NCBI GenBank assembly: GCA_022775085.1
Contig: JALFJQ010000002.1
Location: forward strand, 7,681-71,680
Direction: 5' to 3'
Length of the DNA: 64,000 nt
Source: Clostridiales bacterium
GTDB lineage: Bacteria > Bacillota > Clostridia > Oscillospirales > Oscillospiraceae
The translations under genes were made by a program, and so were the position numbers. The notes below the pieces were generated by a model. The model saw only the letters and a list, made by a program, of their open reading frames with translations. It had not been told where the DNA came from and did no database searches. Positions 1-9,809 of the stretch are shown piece by piece (the stretch's first letter is position 1; each line of letters begins with the position of its first letter).

Positions 1-204
1 GCGCAGATACCCCTCCGACAGGAGTTGGTTGTAGGCAGTCTCCACGGTGATCTTGCTGACCTCCAGATTCTGAGCCAACGCCCGCTTGGAGGGCAGCTTT
101 TCACCGGGCTTCAGCTTGCCGGAGAGGATGTCCCCCCGGATGCAGCGGTACAGCGCCTCGTAAAGCGGTACGCCGGGGGCTTTTTTCAGTTCGTAGGTTA
201 CCAT
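1..204 (-). CDS. GntR/MocR-family transcription regulator, N-terminal winged-helix part only (gene runs off the window start)
   Basis: Reverse-strand ATG at 204..202 translates to MVTYELKKAPGVPLYEALYRCIRGDILSGKLKPGEKLPSKRALAQNLEVSKITVETAYNQLLSEGYLR. This is the typical MocR/GntR HTH pattern (PLY..LY, LPS.R.LA..L.VS..TV..AY..L..EGYL). The frame is open to position 1. Confidence 0.6.
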   Translation of the reverse strand, partial: MVTYELKKAPGVPLYEALYRCIRGDILSGKLKPGEKLPSKRALAQNLEVSKITVETAYNQLLSEGYLR

Positions 205-215
205 AGCATCCCCCG

Positions 216-845
216 TTATCGGCTGGGAAAGCCGGCCTTCCGCTCCCAGAGCACCAGAAGGCTGCCGTTTTTCACGGAAATCTCCGCTGCTTCCCCGGTA
301 AAATGGTTGCTGACCCCCAGCGGAAAGCCGCTGGTCAAGGTTCCGTTTTCCACTCCATAAAACAGGCCCGTCTCTGTGACGCCCTCGGCATCCGGCCCCA
401 TGCAGAACACGGAGATTGTTCCGGAAAGCCCTGCCGGGAAGGTGATCTTCCCATTTTTTACCACCGTCACCATGGTAGTCTTCCCAATGAGATAGCCAAC
501 CGCGCCGTGATCTGTCAGGAATTGCAGGGTCTGGAAATTTGCCACGGTGTGGTCGAGTCTTGGGCCATCCAGACTGCCGTAGAGCAGAAATTCGTCGCAG
601 CCCTGTTCCAGTCCCAGCCGAACCGCCAGCATGGCGTCGGTATCATCCTTCTCCACCGGGAACACGTTGGCCCCCTCAGGGGTGTAGCCCAGAGAATCAA
701 AATCCCCCAGCACCGCATTTGGGGTAATTCCCAGCGTTTTCGTATGCCGCAGACCGCCGTCTGCGGCGATTACGAAAGCGTCCTGCCCAATGGGCCGGGC
801 CAGCCCATCGCACTCCGCCGCGCAGAAAATCACACATTCTTTCAT
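216..845 (-). CDS. thiN: thiamine diphosphokinase
   Basis: 209-aa ORF with the GDFDS motif (AVLGDFDSLG), DDTD and a C-terminal thiamine-binding-like region. Length and layout are typical of TPK. Confidence 0.8.
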   Translation of the reverse strand: MKECVIFCAAECDGLARPIGQDAFVIAADGGLRHTKTLGITPNAVLGDFDSLGYTPEGANVFPVEKDDTDAMLAVRLGLEQGCDEFLLYGSLDGPRLDHTVANFQTLQFLTDHGAVGYLIGKTTMVTVVKNGKITFPAGLSGTISVFCMGPDAEGVTETGLFYGVENGTLTSGFPLGVSNHFTGEAAEISVKNGSLLVLWERKAGFPSR

Positions 846-865
846 TCAGTTGTCCTCCTGCCGCA

Positions 866-898
866 CTGTAGAGGCGGGTCCGTGACCCTCCCCTACAG
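866..898. repeat. REP-like GC-rich palindromic element (family A)
   Basis: ctgtagaggcgggtccgtgaccctcccctacag has CTGTAG/CTACAG ends around a GGCGGG...CCCTCC stem. It is intergenic between thiN and the deacetylase gene. Confidence 0.6.
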
Positions 899-995
899 AG
901 GGGATAGTTATGTTTTATTTTATCACACCCAGCCCTAAAGGGGAAGTCGGAATATTTCCGGCGGACGGGCATAGCCTGTGGCAAGGGGGTATGAT

Positions 996-1775
996 ATGCG
1001 GAAACGGGATCTGCTGATTTTACTGCTGGCGCTGGCGGTGGCTGTGACGGTCACCATCAGCATTTTTGCCCGCAGCGCACTGGAAACCGGCTCCTGGGGC
1101 CTGAGTTTCCGACAGGAGGGAATGCCGCCCATCGGCAACGCGGGGCGGGATCAGCTGGCACGGTACAACGCGGCTTACATCGGAAACACCGAGGAAAAGG
1201 TGCTGTATCTGACCTTCGACGCGGGCTATGAAAACGGCTGCACCGCCCAAATTCTGGACGTGCTGAAAGCAAAGGAAGTTCCCGCCGCCTTTTTTCTGGT
1301 GGGAAATTATATCGAGAAAAACCCAGACCTTGTGAGGCGGATGGTGAAGGAAGGCCACACCGTGGGCAACCACACCATGCACCACTATGACATGAGTAAG
1401 CTATCTGACAAGGCAGCGTTTTCCAAAGAACTGACCGATCTGGAAACGCTGTACCGGGACACCATCGGTTCGGAAATGCCCAAATTCTACCGCCCGCCTC
1501 AGGGCATTTACAGCGAGGAAAATCTGAAAATGGCCCAGGAATTGGGGTACAAAACGGTATTTTGGAGTCTTGCCTATATGGACTGGAAAAACGATGCCCA
1601 GCCGACGAAGGAGGAAGCCTTCCAAAAGCTCCTGCCCCGGATCCACAGCGGTGCGGTGGTGCTGCTTCACTCCACCTCCCGGACCAACGCCCAAATTCTC
1701 AATGAGCTGATTGAAAAATGGAAAGCGCTGGGCTACCGGTTCGGCACACTGGACGAATTGTTTCAGACGGTATAG
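996..1775 (+). CDS. polysaccharide deacetylase, PdaA-like (delta-lactam-biosynthetic de-N-acetylase type)
   Basis: NodB-domain motifs are present: LTFDAGYENG and GHTVGNHTMHH. There is an N-terminal signal/anchor (LLILLLALAVAV). ATG at 996 is preferred over the GTG at 978 because of an AGGGGG RBS 6 nt upstream. Confidence 0.8.
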   Translation: MRKRDLLILLLALAVAVTVTISIFARSALETGSWGLSFRQEGMPPIGNAGRDQLARYNAAYIGNTEEKVLYLTFDAGYENGCTAQILDVLKAKEVPAAFFLVGNYIEKNPDLVRRMVKEGHTVGNHTMHHYDMSKLSDKAAFSKELTDLETLYRDTIGSEMPKFYRPPQGIYSEENLKMAQELGYKTVFWSLAYMDWKNDAQPTKEEAFQKLLPRIHSGAVVLLHSTSRTNAQILNELIEKWKALGYRFGTLDELFQTV

Positions 1776-1780
1776 CAAAA

Positions 1781-1806
1781 CGCCCTCCGGCGAAAACCGG
1801 AGGGCG
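1781..1806. terminator. bidirectional hairpin terminator between the deacetylase gene (+) and groEL (-)
   Basis: cgccctccgg-cgaaaa-ccggagggcg is a perfect 10-bp stem lying between convergent genes. A-rich sequence precedes it and a T-containing run follows. Confidence 0.6.
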
Positions 1807-1828
1807 TATGGTTTATTTGGGTGGAATC

Positions 1829-3466
<1,638 letters not shown>

Positions 3467-3478
3467 TTAAGTTCCTCC

Positions 3479-3754
3479 TTAGTCAGTAACGACAGCCAGG
3501 ATCTCATCCTGCTTTACAAACTTGTACTCTTCCTTGTCGATGGTCACATCGGTGCCGACGAACTTGCCGACGACCACCTTCTGACCCACTTCCACGGTCA
3601 TGGTCACGTCCTTGGTGCCGGGGCCAACGGAAACGATCTCGTAAATCGCGGGCTTTTCCTTGTTGGTGGTGGCCAGAACGATGCCGGAAACGGTGGTCTC
3701 AGGGGCCTCGTGGGCCTTCAGCAGCACATTGTCAGCCATGGGTTTCAGTTTCAT
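3479..3754 (-). CDS. groS: co-chaperonin GroES
   Basis: MKLKPMADNVLLK... is the typical GroES N-terminus. The ATG at 3754 has a GGAGGA RBS. The gene lies 15 nt upstream of groEL. Confidence 0.95.
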   Translation of the reverse strand: MKLKPMADNVLLKAHEAPETTVSGIVLATTNKEKPAIYEIVSVGPGTKDVTMTVEVGQKVVVGKFVGTDVTIDKEEYKFVKQDEILAVVTD

Positions 3755-3814
3755 GTTGATTTCCTCCATACAAAAATGTATTTAGACTGCGGCAAACCGC
3801 ATACATCTACTTGC

Positions 3815-3841
3815 TTAGCACTCTTACTTCCTGAGTGCTAA
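3815..3841 (-). promoter_or_regulatory. CIRCE operator (HrcA binding site)
   Basis: ttagcactc-ttacttcct-gagtgctaa is a perfect match to TTAGCACTC-N9-GAGTGCTAA, directly upstream of groES. Confidence 0.9.
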
Positions 3842-3844
3842 TAC

Positions 3845-3873
3845 AATATACCCCACTTCGCAGAAAAAAGCAA
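3845..3873 (-). promoter_or_regulatory. candidate sigma-A promoter of groESL
   Basis: On the minus strand there is a TTGCTT -35 (3873..3868), a 17-nt spacer and a TATATT -10 (3850..3845). CIRCE starts 4 nt downstream. Confidence 0.4.
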
Positions 3874-3910
3874 GAGGGAAAATGGAAGAAACCGTAAATA
3901 ATTTATTAAC

Positions 3911-3985
3911 GCGGCGAGTCGCCGCTGACAATGCGTGCGCGGGCTGGTCTGTATTCGTTACACCATTGGGTTTTGCTCGGTATCG
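3911..3985 (-). repeat. CCAATGGTGTAAC element (family C), single copy, inverted orientation
   Basis: The reverse complement reads cgataccgagcaaaacccaatggtgtaacgaatacagaccagcccgcgcacgcattgtcagcggcgac. It aligns along its length with the 100-bp unit of the array at 41891..42277. Confidence 0.7.
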
Positions 3986-4030
3986 TTACCGTGTAATCGT
4001 AGGGGCAGTTCACTGACCCGCCCGTTAATA

Positions 4031-4076
4031 GTGTGGAGTGTGAAGTTAGGAGTGAACGCTCAACTACACTCCACAC
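4031..4076. repeat. GTGTGGAGTG hairpin element (family D) abutting the DD-carboxypeptidase stop codon
   Basis: gtgtggagtgt-(24 nt)-acactccacac forms an 11-bp inverted repeat. A related half-copy, agtgtggagttcggagtgaacagcg, sits at 41731..41755. Confidence 0.5.
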
Positions 4077-5222
4077 TCACTTCGCCATTGCCGCCTTCCG
4101 CAGCACCCTCATGAAAATATCCCCGGTGGTGAGCCGTTCCACCCCCTCCGCCGCCACCAGCGGAATCTGCCGCAGAGTCTGCTCCCCGGACTTGATGGAC
4201 AGGGTTCCGATCTGCTGGCCTCTCGTCACCGGGGCGGTCACCTGCTCCTCCAGCGTCACTTCTGTAGTGACGCTGCTTTTTTGCGCCTTGTCAATGAGCA
4301 GCCCTGTGGCCTCCCCCAGCGCCGCGTTTACCGTGTCCTGCCGTCCCAGCTTTACGGGCACGCCGGGTACTTCACTGAGTTCCGGGGAGATCACGGCAAA
4401 ATTCGCGAAGCCGTAGTCAAGCAGTTCCTTGCAGGCGGCGTTCCGTTCCTTACTGGTCTTGGCCCCCATGACCACCGCTACCAGCTCCATACCCTCCCGC
4501 TGGGCCGAGGCCGACAGGCAGTACCCCGCTCCGGTGGTAAAGCCGGTTTTCAGACCCGTAGCCCCTGGGTAAAAGCGGATGAGCTTATTGGTGTTGGACA
4601 GGCCGAAGGCCCCGTCCCGGACGGTATCCATCCAGATGGTGGTGTACTTTTTAATGAGGGGATGGTTTCGGAGCAGTTCCCGGGACATGAGGGCGATGTC
4701 ATAGGCGCTGGTTCGGTGCTGTTTGGCTGCATCGTCGTCGTCAAGGCCTGTGCAGTTGACAAAGTGGGTGTCCCGCATTCCCAGTTCTCTGGCCCGCTGG
4801 TTCATGGCGTCCACGAAAGCGCTCTCCGATCCGGCGATGTGCTCCGCCATGGCGCAGGCGCAGTCGTTTGCCGAGGACACAGCAATGGATTTGAGCATGT
4901 CCGACACGCTCATGGTCTCCCCGGCCTTTAAGTAAATTTGGCTGCCCCCTTTGGCGGCGGCGTTTTCCGAGGCGGTGACGGTGTCCGTCAGCGCGATCTT
5001 CCCGGAATCCACCGCCTCCATAATGAGCAGCATGGTCATCACCTTGGTGACGCTGGCAGGAGCCAGAGGCTCGTGGGAATTATTCTCATACAGCACCGTT
5101 CCCGTGGTCACGTCCATGAGCACCGCGCTTTTCCCCGCCTCTGCCAGGGCTGCCGCTCCGGCCCGCAGAGGAAGCATCCCCACGATCAAGGCCGCCGCCA
5201 GAATCCACCGCATTCGCTTCAT
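4077..5222 (-). CDS. D-alanyl-D-alanine carboxypeptidase (serine-type, PBP5/DacB-like)
   Basis: Contains SVTKVMT (SxxK), SANDCA (SxN) and KTGFT (KTG) motifs, plus an N-terminal signal peptide MKRMRWILAAALIVGML. The start at 5222 was chosen for its GGAGGG RBS; the ORF track extends it to 5279. Confidence 0.85.
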   Translation of the reverse strand: MKRMRWILAAALIVGMLPLRAGAAALAEAGKSAVLMDVTTGTVLYENNSHEPLAPASVTKVMTMLLIMEAVDSGKIALTDTVTASENAAAKGGSQIYLKAGETMSVSDMLKSIAVSSANDCACAMAEHIAGSESAFVDAMNQRARELGMRDTHFVNCTGLDDDDAAKQHRTSAYDIALMSRELLRNHPLIKKYTTIWMDTVRDGAFGLSNTNKLIRFYPGATGLKTGFTTGAGYCLSASAQREGMELVAVVMGAKTSKERNAACKELLDYGFANFAVISPELSEVPGVPVKLGRQDTVNAALGEATGLLIDKAQKSSVTTEVTLEEQVTAPVTRGQQIGTLSIKSGEQTLRQIPLVAAEGVERLTTGDIFMRVLRKAAMAK

Positions 5223-5280
5223 AGCAATCCCTCCTTGCACTCTAGTGTATTCTACGCTTGAGTTGAGGGAATATGCCACT

Positions 5281-5309
5281 GTAGGGGCGGATCACCGACC
5301 CGCCCCTAC
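5281..5309. repeat. REP-like palindromic element (family A)
   Basis: gtaggggcgg-atcaccgac-ccgcccctac. Confidence 0.6.
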
Positions 5310-5378
5310 GGTATGAGATGAGCTGACCATAGGGAAAATTCTATCCCCTTGATAAGCAGAAAAATTCTCAAATTCTCA

Positions 5379-5407
5379 TTGACATTGCACAAAATCGGTG
5401 TTAATAT
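5379..5407 (+). promoter_or_regulatory. candidate sigma-A promoter of the MATE gene
   Basis: TTGACA (5379..5384), a 17-nt spacer and TAATAT (5402..5407), about 40 nt upstream of the ATG. Confidence 0.5.
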
Positions 5408-5447
5408 TTTGTGAAAAATAACAGTTCTATATTCAGGAGGGAATTCT

Positions 5448-6845
5448 ATGTCAAGAAGCTCTGTCAGGGATCTGACTGTGGGCAGCCCCATGAAGCTGGT
5501 CCTTTCCTTTATGCTTCCGCTGCTGTTCGGCCTGCTGTTTCAGCAGTTTTACAGCATGGTGGATACGGTGGTGGTAGGCAAATTTCTGGGCGTGGACGCG
5601 CTGGCCGGCGTGGGATCCACCGGTTCCGTAAATTTTCTGGTGCTGGGCCTGTGCAACGGTGTCTGCGCCGGATTTGCTATCCCCGTGGCCCAGAAATTCG
5701 GGCAGAAGGATTTTGACGGTCTGCGCCGGTTCGTGGGCAACATGGTCTGGCTGGGTACTGCCATTGCCCTCATCGTTACACTGGCCACCACCGCTCTGTG
5801 CGATCCCATTCTTCGATGGATGGACACTCCGGAGGAGACTCTCTCCTACGCCTACGACTATATCTGGGTAATCTTTCTGGGCATCCCCGCCACCATGCTG
5901 TATAATCTGCTGTCCGGCATCATCCGTTCTCTGGGCGACTCCCGGACGCCGCTGGTGTTCCTGATCCTGTCGAGCCTGCTGAATGTGGTGCTGGATATTG
6001 TATTCATTGTGGGCTTCCACATGGGCGTGGCAGGCGCGGGCTGGGCCACGCTGCTGAGCCAGTTGATCTCCGGACTGCTGTGTCTGGGGCTTATAATCAA
6101 ACGCTTCCCCCTGCTCCACCTGCGCCGGGACGACCTGCGGTTCCGGGGTGTCTACGCCCGGCACCTGCTGAACATGGGCCTGCCCATGGGCCTGCAATAC
6201 TCCATCACCGCCATCGGCAGCATCCTGCTGCAGACCGCCGTCAACGGTCTTGGCGCCAACGCTATGGCAGCGGTCACCGCGGGCAGCAAGGTGTATATGC
6301 TCTGCGCCTGCCCCTATGATGCCATCGGCACCACTGCCGCCACCTTCGCCGGACAGAATCTGGGGGCGGGAAAACCGGAGCGGATTCATCAGGGTGTCCG
6401 CGCCTGCACCATACTGGGCGTCATTTATGCCGCCGTCATTTTCCTGGCAATGTATCTCTGGGGCAGCCAGTTGTGCCTGATGTTCCTGGACACCAAGGAT
6501 GCGGCGGCAGTGGCTTCCATCGGAGCCTTGAGCCGTCAGTTCCTGCTGATAAATCTGGCGTTCTTCGTGCCGCTGCTGTTCGTAAATCTGCTGCGCTTTA
6601 CCATTCAGGGGCTGGGCTTTTCCGAGTTCGCGGTATTCGCGGGGGTTTTTGAAATGCTGGCCCGGGGTGTGTTCGGGCTGTGCCTGGTGCCCTGGCTGGG
6701 CTTCCCCGCCGTGTGCTATGCCAGCCCGGCGGCATGGGTCATGGCGGATCTGTTCCTGTTCCCGGCCTACTGCGCCTGCATGAAGAAACGGGGCTATCAA
6801 TTCGAAAAGGCCAGGATTTTCCATCCAGGCCGTTCCAAAGCATAA
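5448..6845 (+). CDS. MATE-family multidrug/oligosaccharidyl-lipid efflux transporter
   Basis: 465-aa polytopic membrane protein. The N-terminus PMKLVLSFMLPLLFGLLFQQFYSMVDTVVVGKFLG is typical of MATE/NorM. A GGAGGG RBS is present. Confidence 0.9.
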   Translation: MSRSSVRDLTVGSPMKLVLSFMLPLLFGLLFQQFYSMVDTVVVGKFLGVDALAGVGSTGSVNFLVLGLCNGVCAGFAIPVAQKFGQKDFDGLRRFVGNMVWLGTAIALIVTLATTALCDPILRWMDTPEETLSYAYDYIWVIFLGIPATMLYNLLSGIIRSLGDSRTPLVFLILSSLLNVVLDIVFIVGFHMGVAGAGWATLLSQLISGLLCLGLIIKRFPLLHLRRDDLRFRGVYARHLLNMGLPMGLQYSITAIGSILLQTAVNGLGANAMAAVTAGSKVYMLCACPYDAIGTTAATFAGQNLGAGKPERIHQGVRACTILGVIYAAVIFLAMYLWGSQLCLMFLDTKDAAAVASIGALSRQFLLINLAFFVPLLFVNLLRFTIQGLGFSEFAVFAGVFEMLARGVFGLCLVPWLGFPAVCYASPAAWVMADLFLFPAYCACMKKRGYQFEKARIFHPGRSKA

Positions 6846-6856
6846 ACAATCTGTTC

Positions 6857-6884
6857 GCAGGGCGGGGTCATGACCCCGCCCTGC
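6857..6884. repeat. REP-like element (family A), perfect 28-nt palindrome; probable terminator of the MATE gene
   Basis: gcagggcggggtca|tgaccccgccctgc, followed by gtttct. Confidence 0.65.
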
Positions 6885-7044
6885 GTTTCTACGGCGTTTT
6901 GGATAGTGAATGTGGTGCGGACATACCCATCTTAGATATTTTTTCCAAAATTTTGAAGTTTTCTTTTTTGCTATAGAAAAATAAAAATAGTTATGGTATA
7001 TTGTAAGAGCAATAAGAAAAATAGTATATTGGAGGAGCTAACAA

Positions 7045-8550
7045 ATGCGAGGAATCCCGTCTCTCATCACAGACATCCGGAAAAACGTCTTTACCGAAGT
7101 TGCCCGCATGGCCTATGCCGGCGGCGATTACACCAACGCGGAGGACCTGCCCTACAAGATCGTCCCCGGCGACCAGCCCCTGCACCGGGAGTCCATTTTC
7201 CTGGAGCGTGCCATCGCCGGTGAGCGGGTGCGCCTTGCCATGGGCCTTGGCATCCGCCCCATCCAGACCCGGAGTCTGATGACCGAGGGCATGGATTCTG
7301 CCGCGGTAGCCGAGCAGTATTACGAGCCGCCTCTGGTCAATATCATCCCCTATGCCTGCCACGCCTGCCCTGAGAACCAGTATAAGGTCACCATTGGCTG
7401 TCAGAACTGTCTGGCCGCTTCCTGCCAGCAGGTCTGCCCCAAGGGGGCCATCTCCTTCGTAAACGGCCGCAGCTTCATTGACAAGGACAAGTGCATCAAG
7501 TGCGGCAAGTGCGCCAAGGCCTGCCCCTACCACGCCATCATCCACTTAGAGCGCCCCTGCCAGGCCTCCTGCGGCATGGATGCCATCGGTTCCGACGAGC
7601 ACGGCAAGGCCGTCATCAATCAGGACAAGTGCGTGGCCTGCGGTCAGTGTCTGGTGTCCTGCCCCTTCGGCGCCATTGTGGACAAGGGCCAGATCTTCCA
7701 GGTCATCCAGTCCATCCTGAAGGGCGACAAGGTCATCGCCATTGTGGCTCCCGCCTTCATCGGCCAGTTCAGCGGCATGGTTTCCCCCGGCAAGCTGGTC
7801 ACCGCCATGAAAATGCTGGGCTTTGACAGCGTTGTGGAAGTGGCCATCGGCGCGGATATGTGCACCATCGAGGAAGCCAAGGATTTCCTGGAAAAAGTAC
7901 CCAATGAGCAGAACTACATGGCCACTTCCTGCTGCCCGGCGTGGCACTCCATGATCGAGAAGCTGTTCCCCGGTGAAATGGACAAAATCTCCATGACCCT
8001 GACCCCCATGGTCTTTACCGCCCGGCTCATGAAGAAGGAGCACCCCGGCTGCAAGGTGGTGTTCGTTGGCCCCTGCGCCGCCAAGAAGCTGGAAGCCATC
8101 CGGGAGACCATCCGCTCCGACGTGGACTTCGTGCTGACCTTCGAGGAACTGATGGGTATGTTCGAGGCCAAGGAGATCGACTTTGCTGCCATCCCCGAGA
8201 GCGAGGGCCTGAACGAGGGCACCGCCGCGGGCCGTGGTTTCGCGGTGGCGGGAGGCGTTGCCCAGGCTGTCGCTGACCTCGTCAAGAAAGAGCACCCCGA
8301 CATGGAGGTAAAAACCGCCCGGGCTGAGGGTCTGCGGGACTGCCGCAAGCTGATGACCATGGCCAAGGCGGGCAAATATAAGGGCTATCTGCTGGAGGGC
8401 ATGGCCTGTCCCGGCGGCTGCGTAGCCGGTGCGGGCACCATTCTGCCCATTGACAAGGCCCAGAAGTTCGTGGAAAAGTACAGCAAGGAAGCCGCTTCTG
8501 CCTCCCCCCTGGAATCCCCCTACCGCCACGTGGGTGAGAACTTGGATTAA
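7045..8550 (+). CDS. [FeFe]-hydrogenase-family protein with N-terminal ferredoxin-type FeS domains
   Basis: H-cluster-type motifs are TSCCPAW, GPCAAKK and EGMACPGGC. There are two CxxCxxCxxxCP motifs (CIKCGKCAKACP, CVACGQCLVSCP) and an extra Cys cluster, CHACP...CQNCLAASCQQVCP. A GGAGGAG RBS is present. Confidence 0.8.
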   Translation: MRGIPSLITDIRKNVFTEVARMAYAGGDYTNAEDLPYKIVPGDQPLHRESIFLERAIAGERVRLAMGLGIRPIQTRSLMTEGMDSAAVAEQYYEPPLVNIIPYACHACPENQYKVTIGCQNCLAASCQQVCPKGAISFVNGRSFIDKDKCIKCGKCAKACPYHAIIHLERPCQASCGMDAIGSDEHGKAVINQDKCVACGQCLVSCPFGAIVDKGQIFQVIQSILKGDKVIAIVAPAFIGQFSGMVSPGKLVTAMKMLGFDSVVEVAIGADMCTIEEAKDFLEKVPNEQNYMATSCCPAWHSMIEKLFPGEMDKISMTLTPMVFTARLMKKEHPGCKVVFVGPCAAKKLEAIRETIRSDVDFVLTFEELMGMFEAKEIDFAAIPESEGLNEGTAAGRGFAVAGGVAQAVADLVKKEHPDMEVKTARAEGLRDCRKLMTMAKAGKYKGYLLEGMACPGGCVAGAGTILPIDKAQKFVEKYSKEAASASPLESPYRHVGENLD

Positions 8551-8555
8551 GGCGG

Positions 8556-8594
8556 CAGGTCGGTTACACCATTGGATTCTGTCTGGTATCGTTC
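8556..8594 (-). repeat. partial family C element
   Basis: The reverse complement gaacgataccagacagaatccaatggtgtaaccgacctg matches the 5-prime half of the 100-bp unit. Confidence 0.55.
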
Positions 8595-8601
8595 TATCAT
8601 A

Positions 8602-8634
8602 CTGTAGGGGAGGGTCAATGGCCCTCCCCTACAG
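8602..8634. repeat. REP-like palindromic element (family A)
   Basis: ctgtaggggagggtcaatggccctcccctacag. Confidence 0.6.
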
Positions 8635-8686
8635 ATATGGGAATACAAAGCAGCCGTTCCGCTTAATTTTTGCGGAACGGCATATC

Positions 8687-9211
8687 TTATGCTTTTTTCT
8701 TTCTCCTTCTGGGGGCGCCCTTGGCGTCAAAGAAGAAAAACGCCAGAAAATTCACAAGCAATGTCAGAACCAGCGCAATGACCGCCTGCCAGGCAAGGCA
8801 CCCGGCGGCCTTCCACACCATATCCACGACCTCCATCCCGGCAAAACCGCCGGAGATGACGTACATTACAATGGTCAGGATCAGGCCCACGCCGCCGAAG
8901 AGCATTCCGGCAATACGCTGGGTGAACCGCCATGCCTGTACGCTGCCCATGCCGAAATAGCAGCGGTAGCCAAAGTAGTAGTTGGCCTCCCGGGGGGCTA
9001 AAAACAGGTAAGCAAGTCCAAGGATAAGCAGCACTGCCGGGCCGATCATCACGGCAAAGCGGCACAGCGTCGCCAGAGAGCCAAACAGCTCACTGAGGTC
9101 CGGCAGAAGCGCTGCCGGGTCGAAGCCGTCCATGATTTTTTTAATGGAAGCAATGTCCAGCCCCGGCTCCGTGGCGGCGGTGCTCAGAATTTCAGTTGGG
9201 ATGGTGCTCAT
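8687..9211 (-). CDS. hypothetical integral membrane protein
   Basis: 174-aa ORF with about 4 hydrophobic segments and a basic C-terminal tail (RRRKKKA). Its ATG overlaps the nrdR stop codon by 1 nt (TAATG). Confidence 0.6.
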   Translation of the reverse strand: MSTIPTEILSTAATEPGLDIASIKKIMDGFDPAALLPDLSELFGSLATLCRFAVMIGPAVLLILGLAYLFLAPREANYYFGYRCYFGMGSVQAWRFTQRIAGMLFGGVGLILTIVMYVISGGFAGMEVVDMVWKAAGCLAWQAVIALVLTLLVNFLAFFFFDAKGAPRRRKKKA

Positions 9212-9666
9212 TATTTCTCCTCCAGGAATTTGCTGATCTCCCGCATAAAGCTTTGGGCATCCTGAAAGCGGTGATAGATGGAGGCAAAGCGGATATAAGC
9301 CACCTCGTCCAGGGGCTTCAGCCGCTCCATGACCATTTCACCGATCTTATCGGTGCTGATCTCCCGTTCCAGGGTATTCTGAATGGTCTGCTCGATCTCT
9401 GTGGTGATACGATCCAGGTCGTTCACGTCCACCTTCCGTTTGTCAAAAGCGCGGATCATGGAATTGAGAATTTTGTTCCGGTCAAAGGGCTGGCGGGAGC
9501 CGTTGCGCTTGACCACGATGATGGGCAGACTTTCCACGATCTCATAGGTGGTAAACCGGCGCAGGCAGGCCATGCACTCCCGGCGGCGGCGGATGCTCAG
9601 TCCGTCCTCGGATCGGCGGGAATCCACAACCTTGCTGTCCTGGTCACCGCAGTAAGGGCATTTCAT
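9211..9666 (-). CDS. nrdR: transcriptional repressor NrdR
   Basis: MKCPYCGDQDSKVVDSR...CMACLRRFTTYE is a zinc ribbon, followed by an ATP-cone. This is the canonical NrdR layout. Confidence 0.95.
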   Translation of the reverse strand: MKCPYCGDQDSKVVDSRRSEDGLSIRRRRECMACLRRFTTYEIVESLPIIVVKRNGSRQPFDRNKILNSMIRAFDKRKVDVNDLDRITTEIEQTIQNTLEREISTDKIGEMVMERLKPLDEVAYIRFASIYHRFQDAQSFMREISKFLEEK

Positions 9667-9699
9667 AGGAAATACCTCCCTTATTCTGGATATTTGTAT

Positions 9700-9728
9700 A
9701 TTATACCAGAATCTCAGGCGGCTGTCCA
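9700..9728 (-). promoter_or_regulatory. candidate sigma-A promoter of nrdR
   Basis: On the minus strand there is TGGACA (9728..9723), a 17-nt spacer and TATAAT (9705..9700). Confidence 0.45.
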
Positions 9729-9809
9729 GCTTTTTTTACGGCGGAAAGCTCTTGCCAAGACCGGAAAAATCGGGTAGAATAGGCGTAACGTCTGACTTGG
9801 GAGGCTGCT

